The notes under the pieces were generated by a model. It was not told where the DNA came from, did not search any database, and saw only the letters and a list, made by a program, of their open reading frames with translations. A stretch of DNA of 64,000 bases from Carcharhinus longimanus (lineage: Eukaryota), in contig JASCQW010000156.1 in NCBI GenBank assembly GCA_030264375.1, forward strand, positions 24,969,732 to 25,033,731, written 5' to 3'. Positions 37,601-50,725 of the stretch are shown here, piece after piece. Every line of letters starts with the position of its first letter. Position 1 is the stretch's first letter. Both the position numbers and the translations under genes were made by a program.

Positions 37601-40600
37601 TGACCAAGCTTTTGGTGACATGCCATAATACCAACTAATTGGCTTAGTGTCAAATTTTGTTTAAAGATGTTCCTGTGAAGCACCTTGGAAAGTTAAGATT
37701 TAAAAAGTGCTAGATAAATTCAAGTTGTTCTTGTGATCACTTGAGAAAAACAGACAAAAGGGGAATTATAGTTTCTGTTCTTCCAAATATGTAATGTCTC
37801 TGGAGAGCTTAATAGCAAGATGACAAGCTGGTGATTACAGGTAAGTCACAAGTCTCAAAATAACTGCATTAGCTGAAGTGCATTTGTTAAAACCTCGGAG
37901 TGCAATCGTATCAATTCATTGAAGTGACTGCATTGTAGTAAATCCTTCAGTAATTGTTCTCTATTGTTGATGCGTACATATCTCTTTTTTAAAAAAAGTA
38001 ACACTATCAAGCCTCATCAGCTACAACTTTCAGTGATAGGAAATAGCTAGGAAATGGGAACATTTCATATTAATGAAAAAAATGCAACCACAGTGAAGGT
38101 TTCACAAGTCTTGCTTCAAATCTGGTGCAATTTTATTAAATATTTTTAGTCATTTTGAAGACTATTTTAGGAAGGAAACCTTCCTAAATGGAAAAAGGAA
38201 ACCTTCCTAAATGGGGTAATTCTTTCATCATTTTAAGTTTGGAACAAAAACAGAACTCAATTTCTTACAGTAACTGGATGAGGTAGCTCAGTTTTCATAG
38301 GGCAGTCAGGTCATCTGCAGAATTCCCACTTTCCCACAATGTCACTTCATGAAATTACCCCTGTACCTTGTACTGCCCCAGCAAGGTCTAACTATATTTA
38401 ACGGTGCGAGTTAGATTGTGCAGTTTTACAAGCTGTATATTAGTAGATCTACTAACATCAGAGACACTTTCACAAAATACTTCTGTCTGAAAAGGCCAAT
38501 TACACAGATAATATTTACAAAAGTGATCACAGAGGATGATGGCTGGTAATGTCCTGCTGCAACGTCTAATGTTTATAAGATCTCTCTACCTGTGGGCAGT
38601 CATACAAATATAGGTTTGTATGACTGAGAACTCAAAAAGGTTATGGATAAAATGGCTGCTGCAGCAATCAACATCAAGTAAATTAGGAAGGGCAAACATG
38701 TAACCTCAAATATCCAAGACAAACTACAACTACTCATTAGTTCAATAAATGGAAAATGCACTACTTAAACCACTTGGGACTTGACAGCTCAAAGGTCACT
38801 GCTTCATTAGTTAATATCAATTGGACAAATGCACTATCAATGGTTGTGGTGCCAATGTATCACTAGCAGGAGAAAAACATTACAGCTGGGGTTCCTACTA
38901 AAGATTGCAATTCAGAGATCTTGAAGTGTGTACGTGAAGATCAAATAATGACAAGATTAGATCAGCTCCCATCCTATTAACAACAGTTGACTAGCAATTA
39001 TTGTTCAGACTTTTGTGAAGAATGGTGACTAGGTAAGGTAAAGCTAAGTTATGGTTATGTATACATCTGCATAAAGTTATGAATATTACAGAAAAGGAAG
39101 CATTACAGTTTCTACACTCTGGAATGAATTTCCATCGGATTCCTGAGGCTTGAAAGTGGCCGTCAGCCAAAAATCACCATCCAGCTGGGAATTTAGTCAA
39201 CTTGCAGCTGTCGCTTGGGATTGTACACAGGGAAGCCCAAAGCTTCCTGACGAGGCTTGGAAGAGCACTCTGCTCCTTATGGCCACAAAGAACATAAAAC
39301 AGACATTGTTTGGGCATCTTCTGGCTCAACTTCCTCATGAAAGGTTTCACTTTATGCCTAAAAGCACAGGACAAAACCATCATCATTCAAACACTAAAAA
39401 TAGGAATTTAGTGAAACCTCTCTGTCGATAAGCAAACATTATAAGACTGAGCCATACTGACTCAGAAGGCCTCATGTTTGAACCCCAAACTCTGCAGAGT
39501 TAGCACTAATATTACACACTGCTTGGACTGTTGGGCTGGTAGCAGTTACCACTTCCAACCACCATCACTGCTGAAATATTTGCATGTTGGGTAGGACAGC
39601 ATCGAACTGCAACGAACATCGTTCATTGTTTTTACACATAAAGTACAGCTGCTTGCAAAAAGGGAATACTAGCAACAAGCGTCTTTTTCGAAGAGGGGGA
39701 TGCCTAAAACTGTGATAATCAAATGGTCAAATCCTTTTTTATACTACATTCTTACAAGTTACAAAGCCAATGTGCAGAATGGACTGGGCAAGTCCAAATC
39801 CTTTGTTTTGCTTGCTCCCAAGCCAATGCAAATTCAAACTGAATCCAACTGATTATTCCTACAAGAGAGACAAACAAGATCCAAGCCAGCAAGAGGTTTT
39901 GCACCTGATCTTGGGCTTGATCTTAGCCAAAAAGCTAAAAATTTATGAATCATATTTGAACGCTGAAAAAAGTGAAAGTGAATTTTTTTTAGATTTAGCT
40001 GCGTCCCAATTAATGAACAATTTTATTCATAGAGCCAGTCCTCCAAAAAAGATTTAACAAGTTCATACCTTCCTTATGCAGCAGTATAACAATATCAACA
40101 AGTTGCACGACTTTTCTTGGCCATGGAGAGTAATTAGGTTACAGGTGCATGTATAATTGAATTGCCACATGAGCTAAATCCACCAATGTAATTTTCAGTT
40201 TGGTACAGACTAAAGTTCAATGTATTCTGTCTTAATCTCTTGCTGGTGAGATTACAAATTTGCTATGGGCTGAATTCCCAACATCAGTTCACATAGGACC
40301 CTTGCAGACAGGAACAACTTTCAACCCCTCTGCAGTCTCACACAGAAATGGTATGTTACTTAATTGCAAATTATTATGATTTTTTTTGATGTCATTAAAC
40401 TGAAAAACAGGAATGCACAAGTTTCAGTAAACAATAGACCTAATAATGCATCAACCTGTAGGTTACTAAGAAATAGCTTGATAATTATAGACAAAGGGCG
40501 CACCCTATAATCTGTGCTCTCAAGCACAATCCTTCCAGCCTGTTGACAAAATTGGCTTAAGATATTTTTCTTTGGCAGCATACAAAAAACTCCTTGAGGA

Positions 40601-41574
40601 AAGGATAAGTTAGCATAGTACAATAAATACTACACTAGCAACTCAAGACATGCAGGTACAAATCCTGTCATAGCACATCATGGAATCAAATTCAGAAATA
40701 TGGTAATTCATGACTTGCTGCTGTAAAAACTCAACTAGCTCATTCATATTTGTCCCAAAAGGAAATTCGGCACACATAACCAGCCTCATCTGCAAATGAT
40801 TTCAATCACATACTATGTGATTAATCCTTAATGTCCACTGAATTGGTTTGTCAAACTGATCAATTCCAAATCAATCAGTTGTTCAAGAAAAAGGACCACC
40901 AGCTTGTGGGGCAAGTGATGATGGGCAATAAACATGGCCTGGGTGTCTGCCACACCTCATGAAGGTGAAATTTTAAAGAACAGCAGACTACAGGCAGATT
41001 GCTGTTCAACAGAAACATTTTAGCAAGGTATTAAACAGGCACGTACGCAATTTAATTTGTAATACATTCAGGCAAACCTTAATTTTTAGAATCACTCCAC
41101 CGTTGATGAACATGCCTTCAGCACTTTCTCTCATTCATGCACAGGGTGAAGGCTTCGTTGTCTAGGCCAGCATTTATACCCCGTCCCTAACTGTACTTGA
41201 AAAGGTAGTGTGAGCTGCTTTCTTGAATCACTGCAATCCATGTGGTGTAGATACCCTACAGTGCTGTTAGGGAGGGAGCTCCTGGACTTTGACGCAGAAA
41301 CAGTGAAGGAATGGCAATATATTTCAAAATCAGGAGGGAGCTTCCACTTTCAAGGCTTTACATTCAGCAATTCTTCCCACCTTTAAGACACTCCTTAAAA
41401 CCTATTTCTGTGGCTAAGATTTTGGTTAGCTGTTCTAATACCTCACATGGCTTGGTGTCAAATTTTGTTTAATAACACTCCTGTAAAGTGCCTTGGGATG
41501 TTTCACTACATTAAAGATGTTACAGAAAAGTAAGTTGTTGTGATTGTAGCCCATTACATAGAAAACTGTCCACG

Positions 41575-41800
41575 ACCATAAGACACAGGAGCAGAATTAG
41601 GCCACTCAGCCCATTGAGTCTGCTCCGCCATTTAGTTATGGCTGATATTTTTCTCATCTCCTTTCTTCTGCCTTTTCCCCATAACCCTGATCCCTTTATT
41701 AATCAAGAACCTATCTACCTCTGCCATAAAGAGGCTCAATGACTTGATCTCCACAGACTCCTGCGGCAAAGAGTTCCACAGATTCACCATTCCCTGGCTG
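41575..41800 (-). mobile_element. CR1 3' end
   Basis: Reverse complement of the family at ~1485-1625 and 1940-2240. Confidence 0.8.
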
Positions 41801-42206
41801 AAAGCTTAGCAATGGCAAGTCAAACTTTAGAAAATATTTTGTAATGCTCTCAGAAGACAGAGTCTTAATAATAAAGACACTGTACAAGTTTGCCTTCCCT
41901 ATACTAAGCATTTTTATAGCTATCAACTAAAGGATAACTTTAGATAGATGTACAAGTAAAGTTTCTCATTTAAAGTATAGTTGCCATCATCCCTGATGAC
42001 CACAGGCTGCTATCCTCTTTGAGGGGGAGAACTGACTGGAGGTGAATTAACCTGAGGATCATCATACCTCAGGCAAAGTGTGAGGTTGAGAAGACGGGAC
42101 CTTCATGAGTAACCTCAGCAGGCACCTGTGCCGTTGGTGTCACTCTGCATCACAAACCAGCTGTTCACCTTAACTAGTAAGCCCCATGCTATGCGTTTAC
42201 CCACAA

Positions 42207-42295
42207 GTAAGCAGTCTCACAACACCAGGTTAAAATCCAACAGGCTTATTTGGCAGCAGCAGATTTTGGAGTCTCAGGCTCCTTCATCAGGTGAC
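42207..42295 (-). mobile_element. Penelope terminal repeat fragment with a mutated hammerhead
   Basis: Minus strand GTCAC CTGATGA A GGAGCC TGA GACTCC AAAA; the GAAA box is mutated. Confidence 0.65.
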
Positions 42296-43324
42296 ACAAG
42301 GTCAGAGGATGACATGGTTTCTTCTTACAATGCTTTATCCTTTACCTCCCTCATTTTTTGGAGTCTGAATCTCTTTCACAAACATCAATACTTGAAAATG
42401 TACAGAGGAGGGTTAATTTTAAAGGCTACTTCAAAATCAAAAATTTAACACCCTCCTCCACTGTCTGGTGGGTAAAAATTGTTAGGTGTAGCATGAAACC
42501 TTCAGCTAGCTGCTTTTATGACAGACAACAATTCGCAGAGTTTAACTCTCTTTAGGTCACAGCTGTGGGTGTCTGCAAAATTCAATGTGCACATTAACAA
42601 TTAGCCATTATTCCAGCTCACAATGTCTCTCTAGATGATGGGCTACTGGAGTTGCCATCATTTCAGATTCACAAATCAAAATATGATGAATGCTGAAAAT
42701 CTGAAATGGTAAATAGAAACTCTGGAAGTAGTCAACACATCCAGCAATACCTGTAGCGAAAGAGTTAATGTTTCACACTGATGACCTTTCGTCAGAACAG
42801 TTTTGTCAAAAGGTTACTGACGCCAACTTTGATCCTGGAAGATGGTTTGTGAAGGCTCGCAATGTAGAAACTACATGCTAGTCTGTACTTAAAAAAAAAT
42901 AAACCTCCTATATGTAATTATCATCTTTTTCAATCCTTCACAACATAGGAACCTAACAAATCAGTTCCAAGTTCAAGAATAAGGAGCCTGTGACTAGGAA
43001 TCTAATGTCAGCCAAATCTAGACCATGACATTAACATGCAAACTGTGAAGGGCCATTTATTACAATGTATAAAATTCAGTAAAGTTGAAAGAGGAATCCA
43101 AAGCAAAGAGGATTAGGGGAGCAGAGAACATTATATTTCACCTGGAGAGAATTAAACTATTGCCCAGCCCTTGGGCTTTACAGTAGTAAGAAACTACTTA
43201 CAGCATTGGACTTAATTTCACATGTACTAAAATGAAGGAGATTTTTGTTACCTGGGTGATAATCTGGGATGGAGGTCAACAGGTTTGTAAAAGGTGCGCA
43301 ATCCATGTCACCAAATTATAGTCA

Positions 43325-43490
43325 TGATGTGGGTATGCCGGCATTGGACAGGCGTAAACACAGTAAAATGTCTGACAACACCAGGTTTTAGTCCAACCGA
43401 TTTATTTGATAATATACTCACAAGCTTTCGGGGTTAGTCCCTTCGTCAGGTGAATGGAGAGTTCTGGCCTCAGACAGAGCATATAAAGCA
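43325..43490 (-). mobile_element. Penelope-like element end, running into the assembly gap
   Basis: ACAACACCAGGTTTTAGTCCAACCGATTTATTTG..AAGCTTTCGG..CCTTCGTCAGGTGA, homologous to the 3826 and 42207 copies. Confidence 0.7.
43417..43454 (-). ncRNA. Minimal type I hammerhead ribozyme (Penelope-associated)
   Basis: RNA UUCAC CUGACGA A GGG ACUAAC CCC GAAA GC UU GUGAG. Helix I is UUCAC/GUGAG, the CUGANGA and GAAA cores are intact, helix II is GGG/CCC, and palindromic AAGCUU replaces helix III. Confidence 0.7.
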
Positions 43491-44324
43491 NNNNNNNNNN
43501 NNNNNNNNNNNNNNNNNNNNNNNNNNNNNNNNNNNNNNNNNNNNNNNNNNNNNNNNNNNNNNNNNNNNNNNNNNNNNNNNNNNNNNNNNNNNNNNNNNNN
43601 NNNNNNNNNNNNNNNNNNNNNNNNNNNNNNNNNNNNNNNNNNNNNNNNNNNNNNNNNNNNNNNNNNNNNNNNNNNNNNNNNNNNNNNNNNNNNNNNNNNN
43701 NNNNNNNNNNNNNNNNNNNNNNNNNNNNNNNNNNNNNNNNNNNNNNNNNNNNNNNNNNNNNNNNNNNNNNNNNNNNNNNNNNNNNNNNNNNNNNNNNNNN
43801 NNNNNNNNNNNNNNNNNNNNNNNNNNNNNNNNNNNNNNNNNNNNNNNNNNNNNNNNNNNNNNNNNNNNNNNNNNNNNNNNNNNNNNNNNNNNNNNNNNNN
43901 NNNNNNNNNNNNNNNNNNNNNNNNNNNNNNNNNNNNNNNNNNNNNNNNNNNNNNNNNNNNNNNNNNNNNNNNNNNNNNNNNNNNNNNNNNNNNNNNNNNN
44001 NNNNNNNNNNNNNNNNNNNNNNNNNNNNNNNNNNNNNNNNNNNNNNNNNNNNNNNNNNNNNNNNNNNNNNNNNNNNNNNNNNNNNNNNNNNNNNNNNNNN
44101 NNNNNNNNNNNNNNNNNNNNNNNNNNNNNNNNNNNNNNNNNNNNNNNNNNNNNNNNNNNNNNNNNNNNNNNNNNNNNNNNNNNNNNNNNNNNNNNNNNNN
44201 NNNNNNNNNNNNNNNNNNNNNNNNNNNNNNNNNNNNNNNNNNNNNNNNNNNNNNNNNNNNNNNNNNNNNNNNNNNNNNNNNNNNNNNNNNNNNNNNNNNN
44301 NNNNNNNNNNNNNNNNNNNNNNNN
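43491..44324. other. Assembly gap (834 N)
   Basis: Run of N. Confidence 1.
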
Positions 44325-44550
44325 CACCCTATTATAGAAAGGATATTATTAAACTAGAAACAGTGCAGAAAAGATTTACTAGGATGCTACCAGGACTTGA
44401 TGGATTGAGTTATAAGAGCTGAATAGACTGGGACTTTTTTCTCTGGAGCGTAGAAGGCTGAGGGGTGACCTACAGAGGTCTAAAAAATAATAAGGGGCAT
44501 AGACAAAGTAGATAGTCAATATCTTTTCCCAAAGGTAGGGGAGTCTAAAA
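44325..44550 (+). mobile_element. CR1 ORF2 fragment
   Basis: PYYRKDIIKLETVQKRFTRMLPGL...LGLFSLERRRLRGDL. Confidence 0.85.
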
Positions 44551-45189
44551 CGATTTGTGTAACAATTTACAGGATTACAACTAGGACTTTAGTAAGGTGT
44601 AACAATAAATACAAGTAATTTCTGTATTACATCCAATTACGCTCATAACACCCAGGAGTACAATTATAGATGATCTTCTTCCCATTTTGGGTTGTGGCCA
44701 CAGTGATCATTCTGACCTATACAAATCTGGGTGAAGTATTGTTTACAGGTCTGTCACTGCTGATGGGAATGATTGAAATCAATGTACTAGTATCATACAA
44801 GTGTCAACTCAAAATACTTTTTATGCAAGATTAGTGCAAATTTTCCTAGGTCATACACACAAACAGAAGAAGGGATAATAAAAAATGCTGTGGATGTTGG
44901 AAATTGGAAATAAAAATAGAAAATGCTAGAAAAATTCAACAGGTCTGGGGGCATCTGTGGAAAGAGAAACAGAGTTAGCATTAACAGAGTCCACATGGCT
45001 TCTTTAGTGTCTGAAGAATCCCATATTGCTAACTCTGATCTTTCCCTTTCTGATGGTTTCACAATTGTTTAAAATTTCTTAAATTCGCCATTAGAGGTCA
45101 CCAATCTGAAAAGTTAACCATGTTTCTGCCCAATCTGCTGAGCATTGCCAGCATCTATTGAAGCAACATCTTGTTTACTCCACTGTCCA

Positions 45190-45845
45190 GATCAACGGGA
45201 TTACCCTCATTTGGCACTATTCTGAAATCCAATTATAGTTAAAGCATCTTCAGCCATGGATTCTCTTCCCATCATGTTATCTCTAGAGTCCTTGAGGATG
45301 TGACCAGTGTCTCCTCCCAATCTGTAAATGGCCCTTTGAAGACATTATCCATGGAGATGGGATCAGTTTTCACATGTACACTGATAAAACCCAGCTTTAC
45401 TTCTCCATCCATCTACCACCTGTGTTGTTAGACCAATGCCGAAAACCTGATCTCTAGTGAGCCACAAATAACTCCAGTTAAACAGTGGGAAGACTGAAGG
45501 TATTGTTAAATACCAGAAAGCCATTTAGGTGATAGGAGAATCCAAAGTTAGCCTTTAATTGATATAGATATATTCGCAGTGCAACATTATGGGTATATCA
45601 ATGAATGACTCTTTATATGCCCTCAGGTAACCATCCAATTAACATCCTCCACCTGTAAGTGCTTAACTTCAGCTGGTACGATTGCCTTCAAACACTGCCT
45701 TACAAACTCCTTTCCTCACAATACTGAGTGTACCTTCACAATGCGGACACCGATGGTTCAAGATGTCAGCTCATCATAATCTTCTCAAGGACAGTTAGGG
45801 ATGGGCAATAAATGCTTGCCAGGCCAATGATGCCCACATCCTGTG
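45190..45845 (+). mobile_element. Degraded LINE 3' region (CR1/L2 group)
   Basis: Ends in TTCTCAAGGACAGTTAGGGATGGGCAATAAATGC..GATGCCCACATCC, a tail shared with the 58125 element. Confidence 0.55.
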
Positions 45846-47444
45846 ATTCTGGCCCTCTTTCCAACTGTCAAGGTAAAAGGGATTTTGCTATCTTGGCGTT
45901 CTATTCGACCCTAAGCTGAGCTTCCTACAGTGAAAATTCTCCAGCTTAAAAACAACCTATCGGCAAATTTGTAATATTGGCCTTTATCTCTGTCTCAGCC
46001 CATCTTCATCTTATGCCTCTGTCAGCACAGATTTAACTATTCCAATACCTTCTTGCTCATCCCCCGGCTGTGCCACTACTGTAAACTTCAACTTTTTCAG
46101 AACACAGTTGCCTTTATCTTATTCCAAATGTCAAAAACTATCCCAGTCTTTGATGACAGGCATTGATTCCCAGTCTGTTCATGCCTCCATTTTGATATTT
46201 CCATCCTCGTCTATAAAATCCTTCATGATCTTGTTCCTTTTTATATTCGCAACTTCCTTCAACCCAACAACCCAAATTCTGTATCCTGCTAACTGCTTGC
46301 GCTTCCTCCTACCTTTCACCCACATTGATGGGCATACCTGTAGGTTCAGGGTTCAGAATTCCACCTGCACATTCCTTTTTTCCACCATTAAGGCTCATAT
46401 TCAACTCCATTTCTTTACTTTGATCAAACTTTTAATAATCCCACCTAATATCAGTTTTGCCTCAGCATCTGGTAAAGTAATTTGGGACTTTTTAAAAAAT
46501 ATTAAAATGCTGCATAAATTAAATTGCTATTGATGTTACGTGTCCAGATGCCATCACAATTACTTAACAGTTTTACAGAACAGAAGCAGGCCCTTTGGTC
46601 CAATACGTTTATAACAGTGTTTACACTCCAACCACAGCTCCTTATTTCATCTCATTTTCCTTATATACTTAAGTACTTTCTGCATAAATGTATCTATGCT
46701 AATCACCTCAACCACTTGACCTGGTAGTGTGTTGCATATTCTCACCAATAGGTAACAAAGTTCCTCCTGAAATCCTCATTTTATTTATTAGTTACCATTT
46801 TATAATTATGGCCCCTAGATGTGGATTGCCCTCAAGTGGAAACATTTTCTCCATGTCTTAAGTGGAACAAAGAAGGTTACCCCAATTGAGGAATCACATG
46901 CAAGCAGGGAGTAAAGCGTTTTACCTGACTTCCTCTTTTTAAAAAAAAACATTTTTCAATAACAACCTCAAACAGTTTGTTGTAATATTGTGCAAAACAG
47001 GCTCCAAGCCTTCAGCTATTCAAATGCGAGCCGGTAGTTATTGCTTTTAAACTTTTGCAATGGCAGCTTCACACATTCTTCATTTACAATAAAATTGATA
47101 CAGTAAGCAGTTTTGTCCAAATAACAAAAAGCACTTCCGTCTTTTTTTTGTGTTTGGTTTCAATTTGCAAAATCTACGAATCACAAAGTTCCACTTATAC
47201 AAATCTTTATTTCATTCCAACACTTTCTATAACAATCTAAATTTATACATGTGCATGCCTTGGTGAAGAGCAAAGCATATGATTCCACTGAAATAATATA
47301 TGTAAACATATATTTTCTGACATTATGATCTTTGCTATAAGCTGGGTATGTCAAGGAGCGCAGGTTAACAATTTGAAGCCCTTCTATGATTCTAGCCACA
47401 CAGCCCCTAACTACCCTCAAGAGTTTATATAACTTTTCTGCATT

Positions 47445-48005
47445 TCATAAGAACATAAGAAATAGGAGCAGGAGTAGGCCATCTAGCCCTTCGAGCCTGC
47501 CCCGCTCTTCAATAAGATCATGGCNNNNNNNNNNNNNNNNNNNNNNNNNNNNNNNNNNNNNNNNNNNNNNNNNNNNNNNNNNNNNNNNNNNNNNNNNNNN
47601 NNNNNNNNNNNNNNNNNNNNNNNNAGACACGACTTCCCCTTAACGAAACCGTGCTGCGTCTGCTGTATCAAGCAATTCCCCTCAAGATGCCTCGCTATTT
47701 CAAAGAGAGTCATAGAAGTTTACATCATTGGAAACAGGCCAATTTGTCCACGCCGCCCAGTTTTCACCACTAAGCTTGTCCCAATTGCCCACATCTGGCC
47801 CAAATCCCTCTATGTCCACCTTACCCATGGAACTGTAAGTGCTTTTTAAAAGTCAAACTTGTACCTGCCTCTCCTACTTTCTCTGGCAGCTCGTTTCAGG
47901 CACTCAGCACCCTCTGTGAAACAACTGCCCCTCTGGACCTTTTTGTATCTTTCCCCTCTCACCTTAAACCTCTGCCCTCTAATTTTAGACTCCCCTACCT
48001 TCAGG
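47445..48005 (-). mobile_element. CR1 fragments around a 100-N gap (47525-47624)
   Basis: Reverse tail CATAAGAACATAAGAAATAGGAGCAGG. After the gap the reverse strand reads LIQQTQHGFVKGKSC (RT motif QHGF), then a second reverse CR1 3' end. Confidence 0.8.
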
Positions 48006-50725
48006 AAAACCTTTACCCATCAACACTATGGAAGTACCAGCAACGTAAGGATGCAGCACTTCAAGAAAGCCCACCACTGCTTTCTCAGAGAAACAAAGAA
48101 TGGACAATAACCGTGCATCAACAAATACCAGAGAACAAAATGTTTAAAACTGGAAGCTGAAGAAAGTAGATAAGGGAAGCAGGGATTTTGCTGGTGTACA
48201 AATGCTAGCAATTTTTTTCCCCTCCAGTTATAAATCATATTTGACAAGCCATATTCCCCCATATCACCCATAAATCGTCCTCCCTACCCTTCAAAGGGTT
48301 TGAAGAAAATTGTACAGTTGGCTTTATTTCTAGTCAAGTATTTATGTTTAAAATAAAAATAATTTTAAGCAGTTATCCAACTGGAAATTTACACTTCATT
48401 GTCATCTATTACCACCACACGTGTGACATAAATTGGAACATGAGAGTGAACACACACACAATCATAATTTTAAGCTCCTTGCCTAGTACTTACAAGATTT
48501 GGCCTCTTCCTTGCAGACATCTCCTCAAATGACAGTTGACACCAAATTAATACATTGAAATCACAAGGACAAATCTACCTTCACCCACACCATGGTAAAA
48601 GCATACTGACAGTTTCAATGGGCATCTATTGCTATGCTAAACTGAGATTTGATGGACTAGGAACCAAATATAGGTCAACAAAAACAGGGACAATAGTGAG
48701 CACAACTTGGTGAGTGTTAGGATATGGACAGAGTTCTGGATCTGCTCAAGTTTACGGACAGTGGCAGACGGAAGTTGGCTTTCAGTGCATTAAAATAACT
48801 GAGCACCAAAGAAGATCTGCAAATGTATAAACATTTTGCAAAAGGTAACCTATACCTGGAGTGATTTCAAGACAATCATCTTTGACAAATCAAATCAATA
48901 TAACCACACTAATTATTTATGCTAGCCTAGATGTATCTACATAGTTTATGTCTATATCCTCTACTGAAATTATCCTGTACAATTAATGTTCCATCTTAAA
49001 CCAGTTTTTAAAATTTGCTGCCGATTTGAAATCTTATGTTGGCTAACAATTAGGTGTAATTTGTTTTACTGGACAGGTCAGAATTAAAAGAAGAAATTCA
49101 AGTGATCATTTAAATAGTTCACTGTTCAAGTATCCTTTGTGCTCTCATTCTGCAAGGTGAAAATTTGCAATTGATAAAACATTCCATTCAACAATCCTCC
49201 TCCCAAAACAAGGCACAGATTTTAAAGATTCCTTTAACCATGTTTGAAAATCCACAGCTTTACAAAAAAATGAACTTTTTGGGCAATGCACAACATACTT
49301 TAGTTTCAGCAGCTTTCACCTTGCCCTGGGGTCAGGAAAGATGAACAAATCCAATAATCAACTGACTGTACCTGCCTCAGAATAAGGCACTAAGGACATC
49401 AGTCATTAGGGTGCAATGACCAAACTTCCTTCATGATAACTGATTAGAAAAGTGATGTTTTTGGAGAAAAGGAGAACGCAAAATTCTAGACAACATCCTA
49501 ATATTTCTATCAGACACCGATGAATTCCTCACAGCAACGTGAACATATCAAAACCATTTAAGATATAAGAAACATTAAGCAGGTTGCAGCTATCCAGTTA
49601 GCAAACAAATCAGGTTTAGGCTTAATTTGGACTTGTGCGTTAAGAATAAGATGACTTCCAATTAAAAATTCTGTTCTAGTACATCTTAGATTTATACAAG
49701 AGTGTTCAATTACCAAATAGCATCTGACTCATTTTTCTGCCCCAATCTTAATCAGCTAGTGGGCATCTAAATCATAGGACTTGCAACCTTGAGGAATCTG
49801 CCAAAACATTGGTTTAACATTAAAGTAACGTTCTGTAACTCAATACATTAACCATTACTTGACTGAGCACACTTGTGTTACTCCTCATCCCAATGGCAAG
49901 GCTAACATGCTTTTTAAGGGACCCAAGGACTAGTTAGCAATAAAATGTCCTTGGTTGTGCTTGGACTATTTTGTGGAAGTAAAAATCTAAACTCCTACCA
50001 ACTTCTCCACCCCAACTCAGCAGTAAAAGTAAAAGCAGCAGCAGAGAGATTGTTTTTTTTTAATGCATTAAATGATGATAATTTAGAATGCGTTGCCAGA
50101 AAGAGTTGTGCAAGTAGATTCAACAGTAGCTTTCAAAATGAAACTGAATACACATACAAGAGGAAAAGATTTTAGAGTCAACAGAAGAGGAGGGAAGTGG
50201 AATTAATTGGATGGCTGATGAGGGATAGTCTAGCCTCCTCTGTACTGCCAGGCTCTATGCACAGCATAAGGCAGTAGTTGAGATTACCAAGTACAGCAAG
50301 GTTGGAATGAATATACTTATTACGAAGATGACACTTACCTAGACAGTTAAAACCAATCTTCGTGAAAGGAAGCCAACTTCAAGACAGTTAATATTATCTC
50401 ATCTATATATACACGTATGTGCATGCCCCCCTCCAGCATATACATAAACTACTCAGTCAGAAAATCTACTTGATGCTTTAAATAGTGCCCTAATTATGCA
50501 AAAATGCAAAAAAGTGTATTCCATAAGGAGATTTAATATCTTTTTAATATAGTGGAAAACTAGCTGCAGAACGGAACCTTCCTCTAATGCTGCTTTGCTC
50601 TTCCTCTCAAGCAGTCAATATGTTTTAACTTAAAGTTTGAAAAAGGAATTCCCATTTGTCACAAAATGTTCGGTTTAATCTGGGATGGAGGGGAAAGAGA
50701 ATGAATATGAATGTAAAGTTTAAAT

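Noticed and set aside
43450-44337. 295-aa and 285-aa ORFs (also those near 30274-30916 and 47386-47849)
   Set aside because: Artefacts of N runs in assembly gaps.
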